In this document: positions 40,317 through 52,260 of the stretch, piece by piece | Layout: each line of letters begins with the position of its first letter | Numbering within the stretch: the first letter of the stretch is position 1 | From: Nageia nagi | Taxonomy: Eukaryota; Plantae; Pinophyta | Assembly (NCBI GenBank): GCA_050084985.1 | Contig: JBITNC010000001.1 | Span: 67,146,001-67,210,000, forward strand | DNA: 64,000 bases | Direction of reading: 5' to 3' | The notes under the pieces: generated by a model | What the model was told of the DNA's origin: nothing | The model's database searches: none | What the model saw: the letters and a program-made list of their open reading frames with translations, nothing else | Program-made: the position numbers and the translations under genes

Positions 40317-41871
40317 TTAAAACTCAGATCTGATGTGCAAGAAGAATACCCCTCAACATTCGCAAGAATGACCCCCAATCATGCCTTCATCTGCACCAAA
40401 TCTTTCTGAAAGTGGTGATGGCTTTCTAGGGTATCCAAAGTGATCAATATCCCCCAAAATGTGAGCAAATAATTATTCAAAGTTGGAATTCCTCTTCCCT
40501 AGAGCTCTAAACACTTGAAAATGTTAAAATATGAGCCCAAAAATTAGGACGATCTCTCCTCTAAACCCTCCAAATCTGCAACTAGAGTTTCCAAAATGCT
40601 AGATCTGAAAACACAAATCCAATGTGACTCACCAATAGGCTAGCCAGATCATTGGCTATGATACCGCTGTGATGAGCTGAAATAGGATTTTAATGATTTT
40701 AGCCAAATTAATCAATTCTAAAACATGCCTATAACTCCCAGTTATCTTAAGTCAGATCTCAAATAGTACTGAAAGATGCATGCAAATGATCCACAAAATT
40801 ATGCTTTAAGTGTCAATCAACTCAACTCATCCAAACAAACATGCATAACTATCACAAGTGCCAAAAATAAGCCCTAGAAGTGGAAGAACCTCCTTAGGGA
40901 GTAAAAATGCCAAAATCCAAAGCTTGCAAAAATATGAGATAAACGTAAATAGCTTTGAATAACTGAGAGAAATTAGAAATGAGACCAAATGAGCAATTAT
41001 GATGCCCTAGGGTTGGATGCCTCACTAGGCTTGATGAGTACAAGTGAACCAAGGGCTCAACTAGATCTCCAACAGCCTAGGAGAGTGGGACGAACTCTTG
41101 GAATGCTAAAATGAGTTGCAATGCACCAAGATGGCCTTCTAGGGTTGGATACTCCTCCCAATGGCTCCCCGAATGTGAATTTGAAGCTCAGTTTACGTCT
41201 CTGAATGGGAAATCCTCTTCAAAGGCTGCAATAGGATTCCAAGATCCAAGAACAAGCACCAAAATTGGACGATCCTCCAAGAAGCTCTCTCGAATCGGCA
41301 AGTGAAGCACTAAGGCTTCCAAATGTAGATCCGAACTCAGCAAATGTGTAGAGGCTCCAAGGCCTCAACTTAGCAACAATGGTAGTAATGAATCTCAAGG
41401 CTACTTTAAGATCCACCCCAATCCTAATAGGCATTGCACTCTTCAAAAGGAATGGGAATGATTGTTATAGCCACACCCTCCAAGTGTAGAAGAAGAATTG
41501 ATGATAGATAATGATATCCTTAAATGGTGTGCTACTCGTCCTTTTATAGTTGAACTTGAAACTACAAGTTTTATCATGAAGTGGTTGGCCGAACCAACCC
41601 AAAAGATTCTAATAAAAGAAAACAATAAAATACTCCTATTTTATTCAATTTACTCCTAATTATACTTAAAAGAGGGACGTCCAATTTAGGATGTTTAATT
41701 ACAACATTTTTGCACCTTAAATGAAATGGCCGACAAATAGAGATATTACAAATCATCCTAAATACATCAAAACATACCTAAATACTCAAAAATATCATTA
41801 TCTCCTCCTAGAGGAGGAACGTCTCACTCCATGTGTCAAAATTACAATATTACAATAAATTAAGTGAGTGG

Positions 41872-44800
41872 TGTTGGGAAGGAAACCTTTCCTCTTACTC
41901 GGCAATCACCTATACGATCAAGATGGGAAAGCGACCCAGCATGTAAGTGAGAACGCGTTACTGAACTCCGCTTGTAAGGACTGATACCCCAAGGTTTCTA
42001 TCAGAAAGCTCATGTCATTAATACGAGCTCTAAATTTGTAGGCCTTGTTTGGGAATCAACTGATTGGTGTAGTAGAGGTAATAACTGTTAACTCACATTT
42101 TTGTAGGGACTGAGATGTGTTACAATAGTTCGAAAGTTGCCATAAGTTTTAAAAAAAGTGTAAAATAAAGAAAAGAAAAAGTGAGAATGAAGTCGAATAC
42201 TGGCTAGACTTCAAAGAGATAATCACAATGCAGCATTGTCTAAATGTTCTTTCTCTCGGATCGGTTAAGAAATCTTGTTCAATTCAATCAAGTCCTTGAA
42301 ATAAATGACTATTGTCCAATCATTCAAAGATGAGCGAGAAGCAAGAGTAAATGTCGATACTCTATGAACATGACCAATGCAACCAAGTGGACTAAATGTA
42401 GGTGAAGGTGGATAGTTTTGAACAAAAGATCTAGGAAGATGTTTTAAGAGAAAGTCAATACAGAAAACTAAACATTTAACAAGCAAGTGCTGAATTAGCA
42501 ACAATTTGAAACAATTCAACATTTTAGAAAAGTTTGCAACAAGTTCTCCTACAACTCGAGAGTTTTCAAAGAGAAGGCACAAAAATGTTCAAATTACAGA
42601 AATTGCTCTAAAAAGATCAATCCACCACTCCCATAGATGAAAACACACTTTGAATTAGCTTGTAGCCATTTGTATTATGTTTGCAAAAGAGTTTTGCACA
42701 AGTACATCAATTTGCTCCTAAATTGCAAAAATTTTCAATTTTGGAAAAAATTGGAAATTTCTTGGACTACAACATTCTGCCTCAAAATGTGACCCCCTAT
42801 GGTCTATTTATGGACTTTTTTGTCAAAATTTAAGGGTGTTGCCTTAATTCCTAAAAAAGCTTTAAAATGCTAATTTGAATGCTAAATTGAGACACAATAT
42901 CGTTTTAGTGGGAGAATAGTCTCATCCCAATAAAATATGCTAAAAATAAAATATTTACAAAAATTGATGCCCTTTGGCATGTATTTCGAGGCGTTTTGCA
43001 TCACTTTGTCAAAAATTGGAGCTTCAAATCCTCGTTCTGGATCCTTTTGGCAATCTTTTGAGCTCCTTCTTTCTTTGAGTCTAAATTCACCTGTGATGTG
43101 ATCATTGTGACAAATTTTCAAGGGATTCTGATAGAATTTTTGAAAAACTGGATTTTTTTGTTTATTTTCTGAAAAAGATAGGGAGCGTCCGAAATTTGGA
43201 AATTTTTCCAAAAGTGTATTTGAATTTATGGATGAATGGAGGATAGGATTACAAGGTACTTGGTAAGTTTTGAGAAGTTTTGGGGCTTTTAGGAGGTTTT
43301 GGGAAAGATATGAAGTTTTTGGCAATTTTTTCCATTTTCATGTCTATAAATTTTGAAAGATAAAAAAGTGAAATTTCCATAGGAATGAGAAATGCCTCCT
43401 AGGTTCTTGAGCCCTTTAACTTGTTCAAGTTCGAAATTTCCAAAGTTTAAAGGTGCTTGGAATGTCGTTTTACATGCAATGAAGTCAAAATTTTCGAATT
43501 TTGAGCAAAATTTGATGTTCCTCTTCAAGTTAGGCGCTAGTTTACATCTCATTGGATTTCCATACAATTGGAAAACTGCGTCTAGCTTTTTGGTGCCTTT
43601 AAGTTGCTCAAAATTGAAAATTTGAAGTATTAAATGTGTTCAAAATGGCATTTTCCTTGCAAATATGTCAAAAATTTTGATTTTTGTACAAAATCTTCAC
43701 ATTCTACCATGTTTTTCGCCAATTTTCAGGTCTATGGAATCCCAATAGCATGAAAATCTACGCCTTCTTTTTGGAGGGGTTTCCATGGCTTAAAATCAAA
43801 ATTTTCAAGTGTTAAATGTGCTAGAAATGCCTTTTTCTATGCAATGAAAGGGTCCAACATGATTTTTGAGTGAAATTTGTCAAATTTTTCCAACCTAGGC
43901 GCCAAAATTCAGTTCCATGGATCTTCAATCAGCCCCAATCCTGCGACTAGATATTTGTGCCCCAAAACTTGCTCAAAATTGAAAATTTGCAAGTTTAAAT
44001 ATGCTTGAAATGGGGTCTTTCATCCATTTATGCCTTCAAATTTGGTTTTTGATCAAAAATCTATCTCCCTCCTTGACTTAGGCGCCAAAATTCACTTGAT
44101 TGAAATTCCATTGGCATGAAAACATGCGCCTAACCTTTTGGGGCATTTCCCTTGTTCAAAAATGAAATTTTGTAAACCTAAAGTGCCTTGGAATGCCCCC
44201 TTCCTTGCTCTCAAACCTTCAAACTTGAGTTTTACTAAAAATTTATCTTTTTCCTCATGCTAGGTGCCAAAATTCATCCCATTGGATTTCCATAGCCTTG
44301 CAAACCTGCACCTAGCATTTTGGGCCTCAAAACTTGCTCAAAATTGATTTTTCCAAGACCTAAATGTATTCAAAATGCCAAATTTCACTTAATAGACACC
44401 TCAAACTTGATTTTTGACCAAATTTTGTCAAATTTTTCATTTTACACACCATTTTTCACTTCATTGGATTTCCATAGCTCCCCAAACTTGCACCTAGCCT
44501 TTAGAATGCTCAAAAGTGCTCAAAATCAAAAATTTTGAGTATTAAATGTGCTTGAAATGGTCTCTTCCTTGTTCCCAAGCATCTAAAGATTCTTTTTTTT
44601 AGCAAAAAACACTTCATCTTGTCAATCTAGGCGCCAAAATTCATCCCATTGGATTTGGAATCATTTGGAAACTTGCACCTAGGAATTTGGGGGTCTAAAC
44701 TTGTTCAAACTCGAAAAAATGAAGACCTAAAGTGCCTTGAAATCACCTCTTCCATCCATCTATGCATTCACATTTGAATTTCAATGCATTTCCACTTTTC

Positions 44801-46097
44801 CTCCACAATCTAGGCGTCAAAAATCATCTCTATGGTTTTTCCATAGGCTTGAAAAATTGCACTTAGGATTTGACTGCCTTAGACTTGGTCAAAATCGAAA
44901 ATTTCAAGTCTTAATTGTGATAGAATTCATTTTATCTCTCCAATGAAGCTCTTGGACTTGAAATCCGACACCATTTACATTTAACCATGAGAAACATGCA
45001 CCATTTTCCCTCATTTGGGTCTTCAATCCCTTGGGAAAAGGTGCCTGGAGCTAGGGGTACTCAAACTTGCATTTCCGGGCCATCCCGGATTCAATCTATG
45101 CATTTCCAGCCATTTCCGACGTTTTCGAGCTCAAACTCGACCAAAATGCCACTTTCAGCATCTTTGAACTCAATCTATGCATTTTCAATGATTTTCGAGC
45201 TCAAACAATGCAAAAATGACCATTTTCGCCTTTCTAAGCTAAAGCTTGTCATTTTCCATCATTTTTGGCACTTTCGAGCTTAAAGTATCCATTTCTGCCC
45301 ATTTCAAGTATTTTTGGGCCTTATGTGTGAAAAAAATCATTTTTTATCATTTTGAGCTCAACTTTGCATTTTTGACCATTTCCGAACTTTTTGGGCTTAA
45401 ACGGTTGCAAAAACACACATCTTTACTGTACTAACCACTTCCAGACTCAAAATCGACCAAGATAATTCTTTTCATGATAATGACCATTTTTGAGCTTTTC
45501 GGGCTCATACTTGACAAAAACGCTTTTTTTGTCATCTTAGCTGCATCCACTGCTCTCGAACTTGAACTCTACAAAAACACTCATTTTCGTCACATTCGAC
45601 ACTTGTGAGCTTAAAACTCTGAAGAAACGACCATATCTCCACTACCTGCAATCTAGACCAAAACTCCATGCTCTGACATTCTCTCTCAGATCTTGGCCCC
45701 TTGTTTGCAAAATTCATGACTGGATACTCTGATACTCTTCAGGGCCTTCATCGAAAGATCTTCTTGAATCGCTCCCTAATATCATGTTTGCACTCTTCAG
45801 AATGAACTATCCATCGCCCAAAGCCAATATCAAGGCAATGCTCCTCATTGCCTTTGCAAAAATAAGGTCCCTAAAACCTTGTATTAAGGGGTGTATTGTG
45901 CAGACACAACAAGTGGGACATACGCGCACAATTGTAGAAATTTGGCTCCGAAGTTGAACTTCAAAGTGCAATATTGCACTCTTCAAAATGAACTATCTGT
46001 CGCCCAAAGCCAATATCAAGGCAATCCTCCTCATTGCCTTTGCAAAAATAGGGTCCCCAAAATCTTGTATTTTGGGGTGTGTTGTGCAAGCACAACA
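41872..46097. mobile_element. Large solo LTR (~4.0 kb, probably minus strand, Ogre/Tat/Athila-size) inserted in the 5' LTR of the PDS5 element
   Basis: Ends TGTTG...CAACA. TSD AGTGG at 41867-41871 and 45912-45916, repeated at 46098-46102 by a later tandem duplication. The host LTR resumes exactly after it; no coding domains inside. Confidence 0.82.
43350..44990. repeat. Degenerate ~183-bp tandem satellite, about 9 units, inside the solo LTR
   Basis: Anchor AGGCGCCAAAATTCATCCCATTGGATTTCC or variants recur near 43532, 43715, 43898, 44080, 44262, 44445, 44629 and 44812. Confidence 0.85.
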
Positions 46098-46160
46098 AGT
46101 GGGACCTGTGCGCACGATTATAGAAATTTGGCTTCGGAGTTGAACTTCAAAGTGCAATAT
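45789..46160 (+). repeat. 186-bp tandem duplication spanning the solo-LTR/host junction
   Basis: TTGCACTCTTCA..GCCCAAAGCCAATATCAAGGCAAT..CACAACAAGTGGGAC..AAAGTGCAATA occurs twice; LTR ends at 45911 and 46097. Confidence 0.9.
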
Positions 46161-46479
46161 CTCCTTCGTTTCCTAATGAAACCATGTCGCGTAACCTATC
46201 AAAATGTTTTGCAGAAGATGCTCTATCCATCTCAAAAAATGAATCGGCAATTTGTGTCTTGTGACAAAAGTTATGCCTTCTACAAGGTTTCTCAAAATTG
46301 GGTCATTATAGTACATGTGAAACTAGTTCTCACACAACCCCCTTTGGATCAGAATCGAGCTCTGGTGTAGATCAACCATGATGATGATGTTTTTATCCCT
46401 AAGGAATTCGGCCATCTCATGATGTTGTGCAATTTCATGTATTTAAGGAAGGGATGCCTAGTTGGAAAATTATCACTTC

Positions 46480-46900
46480 GACATCAAATCTCCTTCTTCA
46501 AGGAGCAGTTGCTTATTCTCTTTTGTGGACAAAAATCCACAATAGAGACCTTGGGAATGAAAACCCTCTTGGTTTAGGAGAGCTTAGGCACAAAAACCTC
46601 TAATCCATTCATTGGAGGATTCATCTAGGGCTTCATGGATACTTTAGCATTCGAGTTTGTGCATTCGAGGAGTCTTGGAGGGGAGTGCCCATCTTTAGGA
46701 GGCATCTTGGTGTATCTTGCACCCTTCTTCAACCTTCTAAGTGGTTTACCTTGCCTTGGAGAGCCAAGGACACACGTTTGAGTACTTTCATATACTTATA
46801 TCAGCACCTCAGAGGCTCACCCTTCTTCTAGGGTGCCATACTTGCTCCCTTGTGATTCATATTTGTTCATTTTGGTATATGGAGATGAATGGTACTCAAT
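46480..46900 (+). repeat. LTR fragment related to the chromovirus LTR; a similar piece lies on the minus strand at ~54300-54610
   Basis: GACAAAAATCC..ATGAAAACCCTCTTG..TAGG..AAAACC..TCATCTAGGG parallels 56442-56545. Confidence 0.5.
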
Positions 46901-47849
46901 TATGATTTTTTTGAAGTAAATGCATGCATTCTTTATTTTGAGTTCCGATTAGGGCATAAATTGTTTAAATATGAAATAATTGGTGCATAGAAGTGTATGG
47001 ATGAAATTGGTTTTAAAGTTAAAATTCATAAACTAGGGAATCATTTGGCAATTCTGAAATTAAAAGGATAATTCATGCTTTTTCATAGTTTGGATCATTA
47101 CATGACTATACACACAAAGAAATGTCAAGTGATTTAGATCCTTGTTGGTTGCATATTATATATGTGATTGGAAAATTCAATAAGGTATTAACTTCACTCC
47201 AATAGCTTACAAGAAGTTTCCTTTGAATTTTTCCTTCCTACCTTCATTTTTTTTGCAAAATACATTTTTGGTATATACACCTTGTCATCTAGTTACCCCA
47301 CTAGCCTATTTGATACAAATTTCATAATATCTAAACTTTTAAATGCAAAACATTTTTATATACCTAGGTTTTCTTTCAAATACCTAAACAAAAGGGGCTG
47401 ATTAATTTTGAGTCTAGAAACCTTTCAAGTCTTTTGTTGTCATCCTCTTACAAATAAAGGCATTTTTGAATCCAAACTAAAATTTTGACAAAATTTTTAC
47501 AAAACATCTTCAGAATATTCTTGATAGAATATTTTAAACCCTTTACGTTCAAAAGGTTTTTATGTTACCATTTTACGTCCATTGGTATCTATATTAAAAC
47601 AACTTGCAACTAGGTAAAATCCAATCACTTATCACTTAGTAGGAAGTAGGAAAAACTCTTTCCACCAAGGTTACTTGTTAGAATTATCTAGAAAAATTAA
47701 GCACACATTAATCTTCAATGATCTATAGATATACATTTTTAGTGGTACAACGAAGCCTCAAGAGCTAACAAATGCATAAGAATTAGCCACTTGAAAACAC
47801 AAAAATTCAAAATCTCTTGCCCTAATTAGAGCATCAATTTGTGTAGGAA

Positions 47850-50265
47850 GTTTATTGACACATTAGCAATTTTGACACATCATGGGAAGCATACAAACAA
47901 CTTAAAGACTTATATGACTCACAATCAAAATTAAAATTCATTTAACTCCAATTGAGGTCATTCAACATTGAGCTGAAAAACAAAGATATCATATCTAGCC
48001 TCAAAAATAAAATAATCAATATAGATGTTGTAGGAGAAAACATAGATATCTATTCGACAACCTTCTTGAGTGTCTCTATATGAGTGACCGATTGAAAGTA
48101 CTCACATTTGATAGTTTGCTTCACAAGTTAGTTGAACATGAGAAAACATTTGGAAGAAATATAGTTGAAACAAATGGTGAAACAATCTATATTGCACAAT
48201 AGAAAAGCAAGCATCACACCCAAGGTTCCTCTTTCAAGGTATTAATAGTGAGTGTGGTAGAGAAAAAGATAGAAATTTTAGAGGAAGGGGAGCTAGACAA
48301 AATTCACATCATGCAAACAAATATAATCTCTTTTGGAACAGATGTAAAAATAGAAAAGGACATGAAGCCAATCGATGTCTTGCAACATGAAATAAAATAG
48401 AAAATGAGCTACAACAAGAAAGAGGAAAGACTCTTTATTCAACTCACAATGTGATTGATCATTTCCATTCTGAAGTTGTTGGTCATGCCCTTCTAACAGT
48501 AGTCTATATAATTTTATAAATAACCTTTCATATGCATCCTGGTTTAATAAAAGGCTTATGAAGATAGGATCCACCAAACACATGACTTTTCGCCATGAAT
48601 TCTTTGAGGAGTTTGATGAAAATGTCATTGGCATAGTCTACTTGGTAGATAAATCCTACATTACTCCTCCATCAGTTAGTACCATATGTCTTGAATTGCT
48701 TGAACTCCCAAGTTTCTTACTTCAGGATGTATTGTATCTAAAACAATTGTGTGGAAACCTTTTGTCCCTTGTCCTCATTTCAGAACAAGGTCATTTTTCT
48801 AAATTCGAATAGGAGAATAACTCTTAATATGGAAACACAAAAAGTATTATCAACTGCTCTTATGAATTGAATCTAGAAGAAGATAAAGAATCAAAATCCT
48901 TCAAAGATGTGACTCAAAAAGGTGGAGGAATGTTATGCAAAGCGAATATGATGGTTTTATCAAGAAAGAGACATGAAAGTTGGTTTATTCTTCACTAGAA
49001 TTCAAGCTAATTGGATCCAAGTGGATCTACAAGATCAAGTACAAATTAGATGCCTCATATGACAAACATAAAGCAAGGCATGTTGCAAAAGGTTATGCAC
49101 AAAAAGAAACAATTGACCATGAAGAGACATTTGGATCTATAGTAAAGTGGACCCCCATTCGGACTTTGTTGGTATATTATGAATTTTCAAATGGACATCA
49201 AGCTACAATTTTAAATGTGGTTCTTAAAGAAACAATTCTTACGATGCAACCTAAAGGTTTTGTAGTCAAAGGATAGAAACATATGGTTTGCAAGCCAATA
49301 AACTCATTGTATGGATTAAAACAAGCCCCTGGACATTCATATGACAAACTCATTGAAACCTCTTGAAAATCACATTTCAACACTTTGATCTTAATGATGC
49401 TACACTTTTTGTCAAGAAAGTTGACAAAATTGTTGTGTATTTGGTTGTTTATGTTGATGGTCTATTCATAACAAGAAACAATGAGAAGTACATTGCATAA
49501 GTAAAAGGAAACTTGAAAAAGGGATTTGAAATGACTAACTTGGGACATCGTCACCACTATTTAGGTATTGAAGTAACTCAAAAGCCTAGTTACATTTTCA
49601 TCTTTCAACAAAAGTACTTTGGAGAGCTTTTGGAAAAGGTTGAAATGATAAATTATAACACTATAAGTATTGCAATAGAGCAAAACTTAAAGTTGTCAAA
49701 AAATGATGGTGAAAACTTTGAAAATCTAACAAATTATAGATAATTTGTTGGTAGTCTCATCTATGTTACAGCAACAAGACTTGATATCTCTTTTGTTATG
49801 GGAGACATGGCAAGGTTTGTGCAACAACCACATCAATATTATTGGATTGTGGCAAAAAGTGTTCTTTAATACCTAAAAGGTACTCAAAATCTTGGACTCA
49901 AATATTGTAAGACAATTTCAAACTAGTTCGCTACTTAGATTCAAATTATGCAAGATATAAAAGAGATAAAAAGTTCACCTCAAGCTTTCTAATGAATTTC
50001 AAAACTTTTTATCTTATCGGCAATAATCTCTTAGAGTCAAGGAAGTAGTCAGCTCCAACAACTTCAAAAGGAGAACAAAAATAAATGGCATTGAATACTT
50101 GAAGATTTGTAGGAGAAATAGGTCCATGCAGCACTACACATGGTTCATAATGCCTCTACAATCAAGTTAGCCAAGAGTCCAATTTTCTGTGTCCAAACCA
50201 AACATATCAATATGAAGTACCATTTGATTCATCATCATATAAAATTTGGCAATGTACAAATCAAA
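47850..50265 (+). pseudogene. Ty1/copia remnant (gag, PR, RT, RH; integrase deleted)
   Basis: IGSTKHMT (PR), IGSKWIYKIKY..KARHVAKGYAQKETIDHEETF, SLYGLKQAP, VVYVDGL, FEMTNLG..HYLGIEV, QTKHINMKYH. The PR region abuts RT near 48830. Confidence 0.85.
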
Positions 50266-50302
50266 CACTATCCTACAACAAAGAAATAGACAAACACCTT
50301 CA

Positions 50303-50710
50303 CAAGAAGGTGGAGAGGAAGATGTATTCTCAACAACCCCCAAAGACAACTTCCTTCACCCCAAGCAAGCCACGCAACTCAAGGAAACAAGGGGATGCAA
50401 AAGGTTTAGTGAAGATGTCCGCAATCTACTGCTGAGTAGGAAGATACTCCAAGCGAGAATGCCATGCTGAATGTATTGGCGAATGAAATGCATATGAACC
50501 TCGACGTGCTTAGTACGCTGATGCTCAACATGATTGCGAGAAATGTGGATGGTGCTTTGGTTGTCACAACAAAGAACTGTATCCTGATCCTGTGGGAAAC
50601 CAAACTCTACCAAAAATTGTCTAAGCCAAAGAGCCTCTTGACTTGCTGTAATCATTACCTTTTACTCTATCTCAATGGATGAAAGTGCAATAGCTTGTTG
50701 CTTCTTGCAC
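50303..50710 (-). repeat. Inverted copy of the copia RNase H segment 51591-51975
   Basis: Reverse-complement match along its length, e.g. SQEALWLRQFLVEFGF..CDNQSTIHISRNHVEHQRTKHVEVHMHFIRQ. Confidence 0.92.
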
Positions 50711-50729
50711 AATTTTTTTCACCTTACAC

Positions 50730-52260
50730 TTGCTCTTGTTGCATCACAAAATGGTCTATTTTTTAGATGGATGTGAAGAGTGCCTTTTTGTACGAAGATT
50801 TGCAAGAAGAGACCTATATGGAGCAGCCCTTTGGATTTGTCCAGGATCCTTAACTTGTTTTCACCTTAGGAAGTCTCTCTATGGCCTCAAGAAAGCACCT
50901 CGTGCTTGGTATGAAGAGATGGATTCCCTTATCCTCTCTATTGATTTTTGTGCGGTGTCAAGTAGACCCTTAAAATTTATATTTTTGCAAGATAGAGAGG
51001 ACATCACCATTATTGTTTTGTATGTTGATGATCTCCTACTCAATAGTAGCTCCAATACCCACATTTAGTCTATTCAACAATCTTTTTTGATTGCTTTGAG
51101 ATGGAAAACCTTGGACTTGCTCACTATTTTCTTGGATTTCAGGTTTCTCAAACAAATTCAAGTATTTCAGTTTGTCAACAGAAGTATGCTCTATATCTTC
51201 TTCAACGACTTCAACTACCTGATTGCAAGCCATCTTTGACACCTTTTCAAATGGGAGTTCCATTGACTACTTGTAGTTCACCTTTATTAATGCTACTTTG
51301 TTTCAACAATTAGTCGGTAGTCTCTTGTATCTCACGCATACTCAACTTGATATCTTCAATGCAACTGAGCTTGTTTCTTGGTATACACAATCCCCACACA
51401 AGACTCATTGGCAGGCAACCAAGAGGATTATTCATTATGTGAGGGGTACTACACACTTTGGTTTGCATTATACCAAAGATGATCCAATATTGGTTGGCTA
51501 AATTGATTCTGATTGGGTATGTTCTTTCAATGATTGTCATTCTACTTTTGGCTATGTATTTTGTGTTGGCACCTCTCCCATTGCTTGGTCGTGCAAGAAG
51601 CAACAAGCTATTGCACTTTCATCCATTGAGGCAGAGTACAAGGCAATGATTACAACAAGTCAAGAGGCTCTTTGGCTTAGACAATTGTTGGTAGAGTTTG
51701 GTTTCCCATAGGATTAGGCTACAATTCTTTATTGTGACAACCAAAGCACCATCCACATTTCTCACAATCATGTTGACCATCAACGTACTAAGCACATCAA
51801 GGTTCACATGCATTTCATTCGCCAACACATTCAGGATGGCATTCGAGGCTTGGAGTATCTTCCTACTCAACAGTAGATTGCATCGCCTCGTTTCCTTGAG
51901 TTGCATGGCTTCCTTGGGGTGAAGGAAGTTGTCTTTGGGGGTTGTTGACAAGATATCTTCCTCTCCACCTTCTTGTCTCTATTGGCAAATGGTTTTTTCC
52001 CATGTGATTTTTCATCATCTACAAGAGAGATTCATGTGATAGCTATTGTACATGAGTACCTTATTAGGCCTTGTTGTCGGCACTCATCTTTGTGGATCTT
52101 GCCACTTTCTTATTTGTTGGTTAAGTTTCCATACTCCCTCTTGGCATCGCTTAAGTGGAGGGTGTTAGAGTAGCTATCTTAAGCTCACTAGTATAGTTAT
52201 TTGATTTATTTCTCACACACATGTGAGGATTACCAATACAAAATTGTGCAACATTTGTTA
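50730..52260 (+). mobile_element. Second Ty1/copia remnant: RT-RH, PPT and start of the 3' LTR
   Basis: LRKSLYGLKKAPRAWY, IVLYVDDLL, LVGSLLYLTHT, CDNQSTIHI..RTKHI; PPT AAGTGGAGGG then TGTTAG at 52163. Confidence 0.88.

Larger units (their letters stand above)
37099..46310 (-). mobile_element. Non-autonomous LTR retrotransposon (chromovirus-type termini) carrying a PDS5-like ORF
   Basis: 5' LTR = 46310-46103 plus 41871-40668. PBS CGGTATCATAGCC at 40666-40654. PPT AGAAGGGTGGG before the 3' LTR, which starts TGTAATGACCTC at 37624 and is truncated near 37099. LTR copies align (37100-37415 vs 41480-41871; 37410-37624 vs 46098-46310). LLEDKQF pol-tail remnant before the PPT; no RT/RH/INT motifs seen in the 3-kb interior. 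Confidence 0.87.
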
